A DNA stretch of 64,000 nucleotides from an uncultured Acidobacteriota bacterium (GCA_963764715.1 CAVXTP010000010.1:64001-128000), one strand, 5' to 3'. Counted from the stretch's first letter, positions 52,299-64,000 are shown. Numbers and translations: made by a program. The notes: generated from the sequence alone by a model not told the origin.

Positions 52299-54014
52299 TT
52301 ACTGACCGGCTCCCTTGATCACGCCCTCGGCCAGGATGATCTCGACCCGCCGGTTCTTCGCCCGTCCGTCGGGCGTCGCGTTGTCGGCGACCGGGATGCG
52401 TGCGGCGTAGCCCTCGGCGCTCATGCGCTTGGCGGAGACGCCCTGGGCCTGGAGGAACGCCATCACGGAGTTCGCGCGGTCGCGGGAGAGCGGAACGTTG
52501 ATCGCGTCCCCGCCGGTCGAGTCCGTGTGGCCCTCGATGCGCAGGTTGATGTTGGGGAAGAGGGACACGATGCCGGCGAGCTTGGCGAGCGCGACCTGCG
52601 CGTTCTGCTTGAGCGTCGCCTTGTTGGTGTCGAAGAGGATGTCCGGCAGGTTGACGACGACGCCCCGCGCGGACTGGCTGATCTGGGCGACCTCGGACAG
52701 GGCGCCGCTCAGGCGGCCTTCGAGGTCGTTGCGCTCGGCGCGCAGCCGCGCGTTCTCCGCCTCGGTCTGGCCGACCCGCGTCTCGAGCTGCTGCTTCTGG
52801 CTTTCGAGCGCCGCCGCGGCGGCGGACACCTCGGCCGTCGTCTTCTCGGCCTGGGCCTGCGCGGCGCTCGCCTGCGCGGCCAGCGTTTCGGCCTTCTGAC
52901 GGGCGGCGTCGGCGTCGCGGCGCGCGGCGTCGGCGGCCTCGGCCGAGAGGCCCGCGGAGGCGGCGCGCTCCTGCGCGGCCGCGGCCTCCTGCTGCGCGAC
53001 CTGGGCCTGCTGCTGGAGCAGCGTCATCTGCTGCTGCGCGGCGGCGGCCTGCTGCTGCGCCTGGGCCAGCTGCTGCTGGGCGGCGGCGGCCTGCTCCCGC
53101 GCGGCGACGGCCTGCTCGCGGGCGGCGAGGGTTTGCTGCTGGGCCTCGGCGGCCTGCTTCTGGGCCATGGTCCGCTGCTGCTCGAGCGACTGCAGCTCGG
53201 CGGCGCGCCGGGCGGCCTCGGCCGCGGCGGCCTCGTCGGCCATCTTCTGCTGCGTCGTGCGGATCGCGGCCGAGGACTGGGAGAGGCTGCGGCGCGAATA
53301 GTCGACGCCGAGCTTGTCCTTTCCGCCCTTGTACGAGTTGGTGGCCTGGGCGAGCGTGATCGAGGCGTCGCGCATGGCGTCGGGCGCGTACTTCTCGGCG
53401 CCCATCTGCTGGGCCTGCTGGTAGACGTTCTGGGCCTGGATCAGGTCCAGCGACTCGTTGCCGGAATAGACCATGCTGCCGATCGTGGGGTTGCCGAGCC
53501 GGGGCGCCGGCGCGAACGCCGACAGCGTCACCGGCGTGCTCCGGAGCTTCTTGGGGGGCGGGGCGACCGACGTGAACACGACGAGCTCGGACGGCCGGAG
53601 CACCAGCGGGTAGGCCTCGGCGGTGATCAGCAGGCCGAACTCCTTCTGGCCCGTGCGGTACTCGGCGTCGCCGCTCTGCTTCCGGACGATCAGCTCGCCG
53701 AGGCTCTCGGTGGCCCCGTCGCGCGCGACGGCCCACACCACGTAGGACGTCACGTCGCCCGAGAAGAGGAGCGCGGGGGGCAGCTTCTTGTACGAGATCT
53801 CGACGCGGGCCTGCCCGTTCTTGAACTGAACTTCGGCCTCGGCCTGCGCGGGAGCCACGCGGCTCGACGCGGCGAGGTCCAGGTCGACGCTCTTGCCCTC
53901 CGGGAACTGGACGGCCGCGAGGTTCACGTCGGCGGCCGCGAGCGGCGCCGCGAGGCACGCGAAACCGAGGGCGAGGATCGTCTCGAGGCGGGGCCCGAAG
54001 ACACGCTTGTTCAT
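52299..54014 (-). CDS. OmpA-C-domain peptidoglycan-binding protein with long Ala/Gln coiled coil
   Basis: Signal peptide, A/Q-rich stalk, ILFDTNKA, IEGHTDS, LSRDRANSV, GRAKNRRVEI. Confidence 0.9.
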   Translation of the reverse strand: MNKRVFGPRLETILALGFACLAAPLAAADVNLAAVQFPEGKSVDLDLAASSRVAPAQAEAEVQFKNGQARVEISYKKLPPALLFSGDVTSYVVWAVARDGATESLGELIVRKQSGDAEYRTGQKEFGLLITAEAYPLVLRPSELVVFTSVAPPPKKLRSTPVTLSAFAPAPRLGNPTIGSMVYSGNESLDLIQAQNVYQQAQQMGAEKYAPDAMRDASITLAQATNSYKGGKDKLGVDYSRRSLSQSSAAIRTTQQKMADEAAAAEAARRAAELQSLEQQRTMAQKQAAEAQQQTLAAREQAVAAREQAAAAQQQLAQAQQQAAAAQQQMTLLQQQAQVAQQEAAAAQERAASAGLSAEAADAARRDADAARQKAETLAAQASAAQAQAEKTTAEVSAAAAALESQKQQLETRVGQTEAENARLRAERNDLEGRLSGALSEVAQISQSARGVVVNLPDILFDTNKATLKQNAQVALAKLAGIVSLFPNINLRIEGHTDSTGGDAINVPLSRDRANSVMAFLQAQGVSAKRMSAEGYAARIPVADNATPDGRAKNRRVEIILAEGVIKGAGQ

Positions 54015-54146
54015 CGCTACTCCTCAGGGGTGTCGGGACGCTGGCGGTTGCGCCGTCCGACGGGGGCGAGAATATACTCGCGCCCTCGTGTCCGCGTCAA
54101 CGAAGGCCTCGAGCCCGGCGCCCGCGGCGACCGGCCGCATCCCGCG

Positions 54147-55506
54147 ATGAGCGAAGCCCTCTTCTGGCACCGCCTCCAGTTCGCCTTCACGATCGTCTAT
54201 CACTACCTGTTCCCCGTCCTGACGATGGGCCTCGCCTTTCTCATCGTCGTGATGAAGGGCCTGGGCCTGCGCCGCGGGGGCGAGCGCTGGAACGACGCCG
54301 CGCGGTTCTGGATCCGGATCTTCGGAATCAATTTCGGCTTCGGGGTCGTCACCGGGATCCCGATGGAGTTCCAGTTCGGCACCAACTGGGCGAGGTTCTC
54401 GCGCTACGCCGGCAACGTCGTGGGCCACACGCTGGCGATGGAGGGGCTCTTCGCCTTCTTCCTCGAGTCGGCGTTTCTCTCGCTCCTCGTCTTCGGCGAG
54501 AAGCGGCTCTCGCGGCGGGGCCATTTCGCGGCGGCCGTGGCGCTCTTCGCCGGAAGCTGGCTCTCGGGGTACTTCATCACGGCGACCAACGCGTTCATGC
54601 AGCACCCGGCGGGCTTCCGCCTGGGGCCCGAGGGCACGCTGCAGCTCGCGAGCCTCCGCGAGTTCGTGCTGAGCCCCTGGGCGATCGCGCAGTACGCCCA
54701 CAACATGGTCGCGACGGTCGTGACGGCGTCCTTCGTCGTCGCGGCCCTCGGCGCGTTCTACCTCCTGCAGAGCCGGCACCGGGAGCCGGCGCGGCTCTTC
54801 CTCCGGCTCGGCGTGACGGCCGGGCTGGTCTCGAGCCTCCTCGTCGCCTATCCGACCGGAGACCGCCAGGCCAAGCTCGTGGCGCGCCACCAGCCCGTGG
54901 CGCTCGCCGCGATGGAGGGGCGCTTCGAGAGCGGGCCCCGGGCCGGCATCAACCTCATCGGCCAGCCCAACGTCGCCGAGAAGCGCCTGGACAACGCGGT
55001 CGAGGTGCCGGGGGTCCTCTCGGTCCTGGCGTTCGGGCACTTCGCCAGCGACGTGCGGGGGCTCGATTCCTTCCCCGAGCGGGACTGGCCCGACAACATC
55101 GCGCTGCTGTACTACGCGTTCCACGTGATGGCGGGGCTCGGCACGATCCTCGTGGCGATCATGCTCGCGGCCGCGGCGCTCGCCTGGACGGGACGCCTCG
55201 AGAGCAACCGCCCGATGCTCTGGATCGTGATGATGTCGTTTCCCTTCCCGTACATCGCCGTCATGGCCGGCTGGATGACGGCGGAGCTCGGGCGGCAGCC
55301 GTGGCTCGTCTACGGCCTGCTCCGGACGGCCGAGGGCTCGAGCCCGACCGTGCACTCGGGAACGGTCATCTTCACGCTCATCGGCTTCTGCGGCCTCTAC
55401 GCCGTGCTGTCCGTGCTGTTCCTGTTCCTCGTGGCGCGCGAGATCGCGCGCGGGCCCGCGCGCCGAGCCCGAGGCCGTGCGCGGGCCGGAGGCGCCGCAT
55501 GTTTGA
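54147..55506 (+). CDS. cydA: cytochrome bd oxidase subunit I (frameshift near 55460)
   Basis: RLQFAFTI.YHYLF, GIPMEFQFGTNW, LAAMEG, ELGRQPW; shifted frame ends AEPEAVRGPEAPHV-TGA(55506). Confidence 0.92.
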
Positions 55507-56551
55507 GATCTGGTACGCCATCACGGTCTTCATGCTCACGGCATACGTCGTGCTGGACGGGTACGACTTCGGCGCCGGGACGCTGCACCTCCTGGTCGCC
55601 CGGAACGACGCCGAGCGGCGGCAGGTCCTGGCGGCGATCGGTCCCTTCTGGGACGCCAACGAGGTCTGGCTGCTCGCCGCCGGCGGAGCGCTCTTCGTCG
55701 CCTTCCCGAGGGTCCTGTCGGCGGGGATCTCCGGCTTCTACTTCGCGATTTTCCTGGTGCTCTGGTGCCTGATCCTCCGCGGGATCGCGATCGAGCTGCG
55801 CAGCCACGTCTCCGACCGGCTCTGGCGCGGGACCTGGGACCTGTTCTTCTGCGTCGCGAGCGTGCTGCTCCCGGTCTTCTTCGGCGCGGCCCTCGGCAAC
55901 CTGCTGCGCGGGTTGCCGCTGACCGCCGACGGGTGGTTCGAGCTCGCCCTCTTCACGGACTTCACCGCGCGGGAGCCGGTCGGGATTCTCGACTGGTACA
56001 CGATCTCGACGGGGGTCTTCGCCCTCGCGGCGCTGGCCGCGCACGGCGCGGCCTTTCTGGCGTGGAAGGCCGACGGCGTGGTCGGGGACCGCAGCCGCCG
56101 CGCCGCGCGGGGCCTCACCGCGGTCGTCGCCGTGCTGTGGCCGCTCCTGACGCTCGCGACGGCCAGGGTCAACCCGGGCTTCCTCCCGGCCCTCCGGACG
56201 CGGCCGCTCGTCTGGGCGCTCGGGGCCGTCGGCCTCGCGGGCCTCGTGACGGTCTTCGCCGGCCTCGCCCGCGGGCGGGCCGCCCAGGCGTTCTTCGGCT
56301 CCTGCGCGTTCCTGGCGGGCCTGTCGACGGCCACGGCCGCCTGCGTGTTCCCGGTGATGCTCCGGGCGAGCGGGAGCGGCGAGCTCTCGGTGACGGCCTT
56401 CACCGCGGGAGGAGACCCGGCGGGCCTCCGGACCGCCCTCGGCTGGTTCGCCGTGGGCTTCCCGCTCGCCATCCTCTACTTCGTCCTCGTGTGGCGGCTC
56501 CACCGCGGTCGGGTGAGCGCCGTCGCCGAGGAGGAGGGCGGTCACCCCTGA
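55499..56551 (+). CDS. cydB: cytochrome bd oxidase subunit II
   Basis: YVVLDGYDFGAG, IGPFWDANEVWL, LILRGIAIELR. Confidence 0.94.
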   Translation: MFEIWYAITVFMLTAYVVLDGYDFGAGTLHLLVARNDAERRQVLAAIGPFWDANEVWLLAAGGALFVAFPRVLSAGISGFYFAIFLVLWCLILRGIAIELRSHVSDRLWRGTWDLFFCVASVLLPVFFGAALGNLLRGLPLTADGWFELALFTDFTAREPVGILDWYTISTGVFALAALAAHGAAFLAWKADGVVGDRSRRAARGLTAVVAVLWPLLTLATARVNPGFLPALRTRPLVWALGAVGLAGLVTVFAGLARGRAAQAFFGSCAFLAGLSTATAACVFPVMLRASGSGELSVTAFTAGGDPAGLRTALGWFAVGFPLAILYFVLVWRLHRGRVSAVAEEEGGHP

Positions 56552-56652
56552 CGGCGTCGGGGCCGGCCCGCGCGGCCGCTTTCTTGCGCGCGCGGAAGCG
56601 CCGCTGCGGTCCTCCGGGCGCCCGCTGATCCCCTCAGCTAAGATCCCCGCCC

Positions 56653-58293
56653 ATGAGGGGAACCTCCGCCGCCTCCGGAGCCGCGCTGCGCGATGCCGTC
56701 CTCTCGCTGCTGCTCGCCCTCGCGGCGGCGCCGCTGACGGCGCAGCTCTCGCTGCCGACGGCCCCGCCGCCGCCGACGCCTCCGAACGGCGAGGAGACGG
56801 CCGCCGCCGATCCCTACGGCCGCGAGACGCCCCGCGGATGCCTCCTCGGCTTCCTTCGCGCGACCCAGCAGGGGAGCCTCCGCAACGCGGCGGCCTACCT
56901 GCAGATCCCGTCCTCCCTCCAGCCGCAGCGCGAAGCGATCGCCCACGAGCTCCAGATCGTCTTCGATCACCGGTTCGTGACGGTCAACTTCGAGGGCATC
57001 TCCCGCTCGCCGCAGGGCACGATGGAGGACGGCCTCGATCCCGACACCGAGCGGGTCGGCGAGATCCGGGGAGACTCGGGCCTCGTCGACGTTCTCGCCG
57101 TCCGCGTCCCGAGCCGGGACGTCGGCCACGTCTGGCTGATCTCCTGGGCGACGGTCAAGGAGTGCCGTCGGCTGTTCGAGGTGCTGGAGCTGCCCGACAT
57201 CGACCACCAGGTACCGTCCTTCTTCGCGCAGAAGCGGTTGGCGGGCCTCGCCCTCTGGCAGCTGATCACGGTCGTCGCCCTCCTGCCGGTCCTCTTCGCC
57301 TTCGCGTGGCTCGTCGTCGGGGCCGTCGGGCTCTTGATCCGGCTGCTGCGCCCCCGCCAGCCCGGCGCGCCGCTGGGGCAGTGGGTCGCCTCGGCCCGCA
57401 GCCCCACGACTTTTCTCCTGACGCTCCTCCTTCACCGCGTCGCCATGACGTGGCTCGGGATGCCCGCGCTGTACCGCCTGTACTACGACCGGGTGCTGCT
57501 CGTGCTGGCGCTCGTCGGCCTGATGTGGCTCCTGTCGCGCCTGATCGACAACCTCAACCGGCGCGTGCTGAGCCGGGTGGCCCCGGCCGGCGCCGCCGCC
57601 CACCACTCGACGCTGACGCTCACGCGGCGCGCGCTCAAGCTGACCGCCTTCGTGATCGTCCTGCTCGTGGGCCTCGCGAGCTTCGGCGTGAACCTCACGG
57701 CGACGCTCGCCGGCCTCGGCATCGGAGGCCTCGCGCTCGCCTTCGCCGCCCAGAAGACCCTCGGCAACCTCTTCGGCGGGGTCGCCGTCCTCGCCGAGAA
57801 CGCGCTCAAGGTCGGGGACACTTGCCGGATCGGGGGCCAGCTCGGCGAGGTCGAGGACGTGACCCTGTGGTCGACCCGGCTTCGGACGCAGGAGCGCACC
57901 CTCGTCAGCATTCCCAACGGGGTTGTCATGGAGTCGCAGATCGAGAACCTCTCGCGGCGCGACAAGTTCTGGTTCCATCCGGTCGTGGGACTCGTCTACG
58001 GGACGTCGGCCGACCAGATGCGGCGGGTGCTCGAGGGCGCCCGCGGGATGCTCGCCGCCGATCCGCGCGTCGAGAACGAGGGCGCGCGCGTCCGGTTCCT
58101 GCGCCTCGCGGAGTCGTCGCTCGACGTCGAGATCTTCGCCTACGTCCACGCGGCGACGATGCCGGAGTTCCTCGCCGTGCAGGAGGAGCTGCTTCTCGGG
58201 ATCCTGTCGATCGTGGAGGAGGCCGGAACGTCCGTGGCCTTCCCGTCGCGGACGATCTACGTCGCCGGCGGGGGAGCGGCGCCGCTCGCATGA
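56653..58293 (+). CDS. MscS-family mechanosensitive channel with extracytoplasmic N-domain
   Basis: LAGLGIGGLALAFAAQKTL, GEVEDV, STRLRT, SIPNG, AFPSRT. Confidence 0.92.
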   Translation: MRGTSAASGAALRDAVLSLLLALAAAPLTAQLSLPTAPPPPTPPNGEETAAADPYGRETPRGCLLGFLRATQQGSLRNAAAYLQIPSSLQPQREAIAHELQIVFDHRFVTVNFEGISRSPQGTMEDGLDPDTERVGEIRGDSGLVDVLAVRVPSRDVGHVWLISWATVKECRRLFEVLELPDIDHQVPSFFAQKRLAGLALWQLITVVALLPVLFAFAWLVVGAVGLLIRLLRPRQPGAPLGQWVASARSPTTFLLTLLLHRVAMTWLGMPALYRLYYDRVLLVLALVGLMWLLSRLIDNLNRRVLSRVAPAGAAAHHSTLTLTRRALKLTAFVIVLLVGLASFGVNLTATLAGLGIGGLALAFAAQKTLGNLFGGVAVLAENALKVGDTCRIGGQLGEVEDVTLWSTRLRTQERTLVSIPNGVVMESQIENLSRRDKFWFHPVVGLVYGTSADQMRRVLEGARGMLAADPRVENEGARVRFLRLAESSLDVEIFAYVHAATMPEFLAVQEELLLGILSIVEEAGTSVAFPSRTIYVAGGGAAPLA

Positions 58294-59288
58294 GGTCGGC
58301 GGCCCGGGTCCTCCTCGCCGCGCTTCTCGCCGGCGCGCCCGCGATGCGCGCGCTCGGCGAAGGCGCCCGTTCCGAGCTCGCGGCCGGGTCCGGGTTCGAA
58401 GAATCGTTCCGCGCCGTCGTCGCGTCGCGGCCGCTCGTGCTCGACGAGCCCGCGGTCGAGGTCGCTCCGCCGCCGAAGCCGCCGCAGTGGGTCTGGATCG
58501 GCGCGGGCGCCGCCCTCGCGATCGGCGGGTCGGCCGCCAACGCGCTGCAGGAAACGCCCCACTTTCCGTTTCACGTCACGCACGAGGGCTGGTTCGGCGA
58601 GAACACCTACGCCGGCGGCGCGGACAAGGCGTCGCACTTCGTCTCGTTCTACGGCGTGACGCGGGTCATGAACGAGTACAACAAGGCCTTCCGCGCCGGA
58701 AAGGAACAGGCCGCGCTGCTCGCCGCGGGGACCTCGTTTCTCGCGGGCCTCGCGACCGAGCTCGGCGACGGGACCAACAAGTACGGATTCTCCTGGGAGG
58801 ACCTCGGCGCCGACACCCTCGGGGCGGCGACGGGGCTGCTCCTCGTGCACTACAACCTGACCGACCTCGTCGGGTTTCGCTTCGGCATCGTGCCGGCGCC
58901 CGAGGCGAAGGTCGGCGGCCTCGGCAAGGACTATTCGGCCGAGATCTATACGGGGGACCTGAAGATCGCGGGACTGGGCCAGCGCGCGAAGTTCAACCCG
59001 GGCCCGGCCCGGTTTCTGCTGCTGTCGTTCACGTACGGGACGAAGGGATACCCGTACGGGGATCCGGTGGTGCGCCAGCGGCAGGTCGGCATCGAGATCG
59101 GGATCAACTTCGGCGAGGTGCTGCAGGCGCTCCACGTGCCGAAGGACAAGTGGTACGGCGTCCTGCTCTACACCTTCTTCGACATCGTCCGGATCCCGTA
59201 CACGGCCGTCGGCTACCGCTACGACGTCAACAACAAGAAGTGGTACGGGCCGGACACCGGGAACAGTTTCCCGAACCCGGGGTACTAG
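58290..59288 (+). CDS. YfiM/DUF2279-like protein
   Basis: GADKASH, E..DG..YGFSWEDL..D.LG motifs. Confidence 0.7.
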   Translation: MRSAARVLLAALLAGAPAMRALGEGARSELAAGSGFEESFRAVVASRPLVLDEPAVEVAPPPKPPQWVWIGAGAALAIGGSAANALQETPHFPFHVTHEGWFGENTYAGGADKASHFVSFYGVTRVMNEYNKAFRAGKEQAALLAAGTSFLAGLATELGDGTNKYGFSWEDLGADTLGAATGLLLVHYNLTDLVGFRFGIVPAPEAKVGGLGKDYSAEIYTGDLKIAGLGQRAKFNPGPARFLLLSFTYGTKGYPYGDPVVRQRQVGIEIGINFGEVLQALHVPKDKWYGVLLYTFFDIVRIPYTAVGYRYDVNNKKWYGPDTGNSFPNPGY

Positions 59289-59312
59289 CTCGGCGCCAGC
59301 CGGGAGGCGCCC

Positions 59313-61985
59313 CTACGGCTCGCTGACGCTGAAGTGGAAGGTCTCGCCGGCGAGCTCGTCGAGGAGCTTGGCGACGAGGCCCGTCCAGCCGGTCTGGTGC
59401 GAGGCGCCGAGGCCCTTGCCGGTGTCGCCGTGGAAGTACTCGTGGAAGAGGACGAGGTCCCTCCAGTGCGGATCGTCCCGGTAGATCTCGATCCCGTCGA
59501 AGACGGGGCGGCCCCCGCCCTTCCCGGGCAGGAAGATCGTGGCCAGCCGCCGGGAGAGCTCCTCGAACACCTGCAGCAGCGTCATCATCCGGCCCGAGCC
59601 GGTCGGGCATTCGACCTGAAATTCGTCTCCGAGATACTGGTGGTACCGGCGCAGCGACTCGAGGACGAGGTAGTTGATCGGGAACCAGATCGGGCCGCGC
59701 CAGTTCGAGTTGCCGCCGAAGACCCCCGTCGTCGACTCGCCGGGCTCGTAGGTCATGCGGTGCTCGACGCCCCCCGTGTTGGCCGCGTAGGGGTGGTCGC
59801 GGTGGTAGAGGGAAACGGACCGGATTCCGTGGGGCGACAGGAACTCGCTCTCGTCGAGCATGAACCGGAGCACGCGGCGCAGCTGGTCCGGCGTGACGAG
59901 CGAGAAGAGGACCCGCGCGCTTCCGCCGCGCCGGGTCATCGAAGCGCAGGAGCCGATGAGGTCCGGCCGGTTCGTCGCGAACCACTTCATGCGCCGCAGG
60001 AACCCGGGGAACCGCTCCATCAGCCTCGTGTCGCCCGTGACGACCGCGGAGAGGGGGATGAGCCCGACGGCCGAGCGGATTCGGATGGGTTCGTGCGACC
60101 CGTCGGGGCGGCGGATGGCGTCGTAGAAGAAGCCGTCCTGCTCGTCCCAGAGGTTGAAGCCGTCCTCGCCCATGTGGTGCATCGCGTGCGCGATGTAGAC
60201 GAAGTGTTCCCAGAACTTGCTCGCCACGTCCTCGTAGGCCGGATCGTCCACGGCGAGCTCGAGGGCCATGCCGAGCATGTTCAGGCAGTACATCGCCATC
60301 CAGCTCGTGCCGTCCGCCTGGCCGAGGACCCAGCCCGGCGGAAGTTGCGTGTTGCGGTCGAAGAGGCCGATGTTGTCCAGGCCGAGGAACCCGCCCTGGA
60401 AGATGTTGTTTCCGAGCTCGTCCTTGCGGTTGACCCACCAGTCGAAGTTCAGGAGCAGCTTGTGGAAGACGCGCTCGAGGAAGACGCGGTCCTTCCTTCC
60501 GGTCTTCTGCATTTCGACCTGGTACACGCGCAGGGCCGCCCAGGCGTGCACCGGGGGATTCACGTCGCCGAAGGCCCACTCGTAGGCGGGGATCTGGCCG
60601 TTCGGGTGCATGTACCACTCGCGGAGCATGAGGATGAGCTGGTCCTTGGCGAACTGCGGGTCGACGATGGCGAGCACGACGCAGTGGAAGGCGAGGTCCC
60701 AGGCCGCGAACCACGGGAACTCCCAGGTGTCCGGCATCGAGAGGATGTCGGCGGCATACACGTGCTTCCAGTCCCGGTTGCGGCCCTTCCGGCGTTCGGG
60801 CGGAGGCGGCGGCTCCGCCGGATCCCCGAGGAGCCATCGGCGCACGTCGTAGGCGTAGTACTGCTTGGACCAGATCATCCCGGCCAGGCCCTGCCGCACG
60901 ACCAGGCGCTCGTCGGCGGAGAGCTTTCCGGGGATCGTGGCGGCGTAGAACTCGTCGGCGTCGGCCCGGGCGCGGGCGAGCGCCCGGTCGAAATCGGCGC
61001 CGAGAGCGTCCGGCGCGACGGCGTCCGGCGTCAGGCGCAGCCGGATACGCGTCGATCCGCCCGCCGGGATCTCCGCGCGGGTCCACGCCGCCGCCTTCGT
61101 CCCGCGGCGCGCGGGGTTGACGGCCTCGCGGCGGCCTCCGATGAGGAGGGCGTGGAAGGCGTCCTTCACGAAGGGGGTCGCGTTGGGCGCGCCGAACAGC
61201 CTCTCGGCGTTCGTGTCGTTCTCGGTGAAGAGGAGTTCCGCGTCCGGGGAGCACTGGAGGTATCGCCGCCCGTACTCCAGCTCATCGAGCACGATCCTCC
61301 CCGGGCTCCCGTCGGCGGCGAGGCTCGGCCGCGCCGAGCCGTCCCACGACCACGTGTTGCGGAACCACACGGTGGGCAGCAGGTCGAGTGTGGCGGCCTC
61401 GGGCCCCCGGTTGTGGGCCGTGATCTCGACGAGGACGTCTTCCGGCGACGCCTTCCCGTACTCCACGAAGACGTCGAAGTAGCGGCCCCCGGCGAAGATC
61501 CCCGTGTCGATGAGCTCGTACTCGGGCTCGGCCTGGCCGCGCCGGCGGTTTTCCTCGAGGAGGTGGGCGTACGGGAACTCGGCCTGCGGGTACTTGTAGA
61601 GTCCCTTCAGGTACGAATGCGTGGGCGTCGCGTCGAGGTAGAACCAGCACTCCTTGACGTCCTCGCCGTGGTTCCCTTCGGAGTTCGTGAGGCCGAAGAG
61701 CCGCTCTTTGAGGATCGGGTCCTTCCCGTTCCAGAGCGCGAGCGCGAAGCAGATCTTCTGGTGGCGGTCGGAGATTCCCAGGATGCCGTCTTCGTTCCAG
61801 CGGTAGGCGCGGGACCGGGCGTGATCGTGGGGAAAATAGTCCCACGCCGTCCCGTTCGCGCTGTAGTCCTCCCGGACGGTGCCCCAGGCCCTCTCCGAGA
61901 GGTACGGTCCCCAGCGGTTCCAGTGGGCCGCCCGCCGGTCGTTCTCGGCGATCCGGCGGCCCTCGGCCGTGTCGGCGGGCTTCAA
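59313..61985 (-). CDS. MGH1-like/GH63 glucosidase
   Basis: [66 protein letters not shown]; TTG start overlaps the zwf stop. Confidence 0.9.
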   Translation of the reverse strand: MKPADTAEGRRIAENDRRAAHWNRWGPYLSERAWGTVREDYSANGTAWDYFPHDHARSRAYRWNEDGILGISDRHQKICFALALWNGKDPILKERLFGLTNSEGNHGEDVKECWFYLDATPTHSYLKGLYKYPQAEFPYAHLLEENRRRGQAEPEYELIDTGIFAGGRYFDVFVEYGKASPEDVLVEITAHNRGPEAATLDLLPTVWFRNTWSWDGSARPSLAADGSPGRIVLDELEYGRRYLQCSPDAELLFTENDTNAERLFGAPNATPFVKDAFHALLIGGRREAVNPARRGTKAAAWTRAEIPAGGSTRIRLRLTPDAVAPDALGADFDRALARARADADEFYAATIPGKLSADERLVVRQGLAGMIWSKQYYAYDVRRWLLGDPAEPPPPPERRKGRNRDWKHVYAADILSMPDTWEFPWFAAWDLAFHCVVLAIVDPQFAKDQLILMLREWYMHPNGQIPAYEWAFGDVNPPVHAWAALRVYQVEMQKTGRKDRVFLERVFHKLLLNFDWWVNRKDELGNNIFQGGFLGLDNIGLFDRNTQLPPGWVLGQADGTSWMAMYCLNMLGMALELAVDDPAYEDVASKFWEHFVYIAHAMHHMGEDGFNLWDEQDGFFYDAIRRPDGSHEPIRIRSAVGLIPLSAVVTGDTRLMERFPGFLRRMKWFATNRPDLIGSCASMTRRGGSARVLFSLVTPDQLRRVLRFMLDESEFLSPHGIRSVSLYHRDHPYAANTGGVEHRMTYEPGESTTGVFGGNSNWRGPIWFPINYLVLESLRRYHQYLGDEFQVECPTGSGRMMTLLQVFEELSRRLATIFLPGKGGGRPVFDGIEIYRDDPHWRDLVLFHEYFHGDTGKGLGASHQTGWTGLVAKLLDELAGETFHFSVSEP

Positions 61986-63370
61986 GCGTTCGGGCCCGGG
62001 TCGTGCCACCCCTCGTAGCCCGCCGTGAGGCGTTCGGCTTCCTTCGGGCCCCAGGAGCCCGGGGCGTAGGGATGGACGGGCGTGGCGTCGTCGAGGATGC
62101 CCTCGACGACCCTCCAGGCGGCCTCGACGGCGTCCTCGCGCACGAAGAGCGTCTGGTCGCCCTTCATCGCGTCGGTCAGCAGGCGCTCGTACGCCTCGAC
62201 CTCCTCGTGCCCCGCGTCCTTGACCGCGGCGAGCTCGGTCGGCATCGAGACCATCTCGGGCCCGGGCTTCTTGATCCGGGCGCCGATCGAGATCGAGAGC
62301 TCGGGCCCCAGGCGCAGGCGCACGTAGTTGCTTTCCTCGGGGGAGAGGCGCGAGAGGGGCGGCTGCTTGAGGTCGACCATCACCTCCGTCGCGGTCAGGG
62401 GGAGGCTTTTGCCGGCGCGGATGAAAAACGGAACGCCGGCCCAGCGCCAGGAGTCCACCTCGAGCCGGACCGCGGCGAACGTTTCGACGTTCGAGGCGGG
62501 CTTCACGCCCGGCTCCTTCGTGTAGCCGGTGAACTGGCCGCGGACGACGTCCTCGGGCTTGAGCGGTTTGATCGCGCGGAAGACCTTGACCTGCTCGTCC
62601 CGGATGCGGTCGGCGTCGACGGAGATCGGCGGCTCCATCGCCAGGTAGCCGACGACCTGAAGGAGGTGGTTCTCGATCACGTCGCGGATCGCACCCGTCT
62701 CGTCGTAGAACTTGCCCCGCCCCTGGATGCCGAACTTCTCGGCCATCGTAATCTGGACGCAGTCGACGTAGTTGCGGTTCCAGATCGGCTCGAGGAACGT
62801 GTTCGCGAAGCGGAAGAAGAGGAGGTTCTCGACCGCTTCTTTGCCGAGGTAGTGGTCGATGCGGAAGACCGAGTCCTCGGGGAACGCCGAGTGGAGCGTG
62901 GCGTTCAACGCGTGCGCGGTCGCGAGGTTGTGGCCGAAGGGCTTTTCGATGACGACGCGGGCGCCGTCGGCGCAGCCGGACTTCGCGAGCGCCTCGATGA
63001 CGCTTCCGAAGAGGCTGGGAGGGATCGCGAGATAGTGGGTCGGGTGCCTGGCCGCGCCGAGGGCCGCCCGGAGCTTCGTGAACGTGGCCGGGTCGGCGTA
63101 GTCGCCGTCGATGTACTGGAGCCGCGAGGCGAGCTCCTGCCAGGCGGCCGGGTCGACGCCCCCGCCGTACTCCTTGAGGCTCGCCTGCGCGCGCTCGCGT
63201 AGCTGCTCGACGCTCCACCCGGACTTGGCGACTCCGATGACGGGCACCGAGAGGTGGCCGTGCCGGACCATGCTCTGGAGCGCCGGGAAGATCTTCTTGT
63301 AGGCGAGGTCCCCGGTCGCGCCGAAGAAGACCAGGGCGTCCGAGGCGATGGCCGCGTCAGCGGACGCCAT
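61982..63370 (-). CDS. zwf: glucose-6-phosphate dehydrogenase
   Basis: [35 protein letters not shown]. Confidence 0.96.
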   Translation of the reverse strand: MASADAAIASDALVFFGATGDLAYKKIFPALQSMVRHGHLSVPVIGVAKSGWSVEQLRERAQASLKEYGGGVDPAAWQELASRLQYIDGDYADPATFTKLRAALGAARHPTHYLAIPPSLFGSVIEALAKSGCADGARVVIEKPFGHNLATAHALNATLHSAFPEDSVFRIDHYLGKEAVENLLFFRFANTFLEPIWNRNYVDCVQITMAEKFGIQGRGKFYDETGAIRDVIENHLLQVVGYLAMEPPISVDADRIRDEQVKVFRAIKPLKPEDVVRGQFTGYTKEPGVKPASNVETFAAVRLEVDSWRWAGVPFFIRAGKSLPLTATEVMVDLKQPPLSRLSPEESNYVRLRLGPELSISIGARIKKPGPEMVSMPTELAAVKDAGHEEVEAYERLLTDAMKGDQTLFVREDAVEAAWRVVEGILDDATPVHPYAPGSWGPKEAERLTAGYEGWHDPGPNA

Positions 63371-64000
63371 AGTCGTGCTCCTTCCCGTGCCACAGGGCGA
63401 CCCCCCCGAGGAGCCCCTCCACGTTGCGGATGGTCTTGACCCCGGGGGGCAGCTCGATGCGGATCTTCTCGGCGTTGCCGCCGCCGATGTACAGCCGGTC
63501 GTAGTTGAAGAGCTCCCGGAGCGACGCGATGGCCTTGCCGACACGGCGGTTCCATTTTTTCTTGCCGGCCTTGCGAAGGGCCGCGTTGCCGAGCTCGTCC
63601 TCGTACGTCTTCCGGCTCCAGGCGGCATGGTGGCCGAGCTGGACGTTGGGCACGAGCCGGCCGTTGACGAAGAGCGACGAGCCGAATCCGGTCCCGAGCG
63701 TGATGACGAGCTCGACCCCGTGGCCGCGGACCGCGCCGAGCCCCTGCACGTCGGCGTCGTTGGCCGCGCGGACCGGCCGCCGGAGCGCCTTCGTGAGGGC
63801 GCGGTCGAGATCGACGCCGACCCAGGACGGATGGAGGTTGAACGCAGTCTCGGTGACGCCGTCGCGGACGACGCCCGGGAATCCGACGGAGACCCGGTCG
63901 AAGACGCCCTGGCGGGCGGCGAGGGCGCGAATCGCGGCGATCACCGCGCGCGGCGTCGCGGGCCGCGGCGTGTCGACGCGGAGGCGCTCGGTCAGCGGCT
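63357..64000 (-). CDS. ROK-family polyphosphate glucokinase-like protein (5' truncated)
   Basis: [27 protein letters not shown]; upstream of zwf. Confidence 0.82.
   Translation of the reverse strand, partial: PLTERLRVDTPRPATPRAVIAAIRALAARQGVFDRVSVGFPGVVRDGVTETAFNLHPSWVGVDLDRALTKALRRPVRAANDADVQGLGAVRGHGVELVITLGTGFGSSLFVNGRLVPNVQLGHHAAWSRKTYEDELGNAALRKAGKKKWNRRVGKAIASLRELFNYDRLYIGGGNAEKIRIELPPGVKTIRNVEGLLGGVALWHGKEHDYGVR

Noticed and set aside
52236-55772. Apparent 1178-aa CydA fusion
   Set aside because: The N-part is the antisense shadow of the OmpA gene; CydA starts at 54147 and the 3' read-through is due to an indel
59313-63218. Apparent 1301-aa glucosidase
   Set aside because: The extension overlaps zwf in another frame; homology starts near 61985

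Overview
High-GC bacterial chromosome segment. The gene repertoire (PDZ-membrane sensors, PKD proteins with a duplicated C-terminal module, many SpoIIE phosphatases) suggests Acidobacteriota, possibly Thermoanaerobaculia; this is inference only. Housekeeping genes include the 5' end of prfA, rpmE, a DnaJ-class chaperone, bcp, holB, tmk, pcm, cydAB, zwf and a ROK kinase. Three accessory blocks stand out. (1) 14.3-38.1 kb is a cell-surface locus: wzm and wzt are split ~9.7 kb apart around an FG-GAP protein, a Lys-free Cys-rich S-layer-like protein, a 1.6k-aa PKD protein and a radical SAM enzyme. Downstream are a methyltransferase, glycosyltransferases, a GNAT and a PIG-L deacetylase fusion; a divergent XRE-TPR-secreted protein unit lies upstream. 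(2) 41.3-49.8 kb is a partner-switching cluster with no sigma factor gene: PDZ-membrane PP2C, TPR, GAF-sigma54 activator, sigma54 promoter, small protein, RsbW, RsbV, RsbU. The activator and RsbU carry clearly paralogous GAF domains. (3) 39466-39624 is an unannotated structured RNA candidate with a promoter-like -10 and a U-tract. Two REP families, heptamer repeats and many short-leader promoters are also present. Frameshifts are dense at 26.8-36.3 kb and are probably sequencing/assembly indels. All calls are by eye; no database searches were run.
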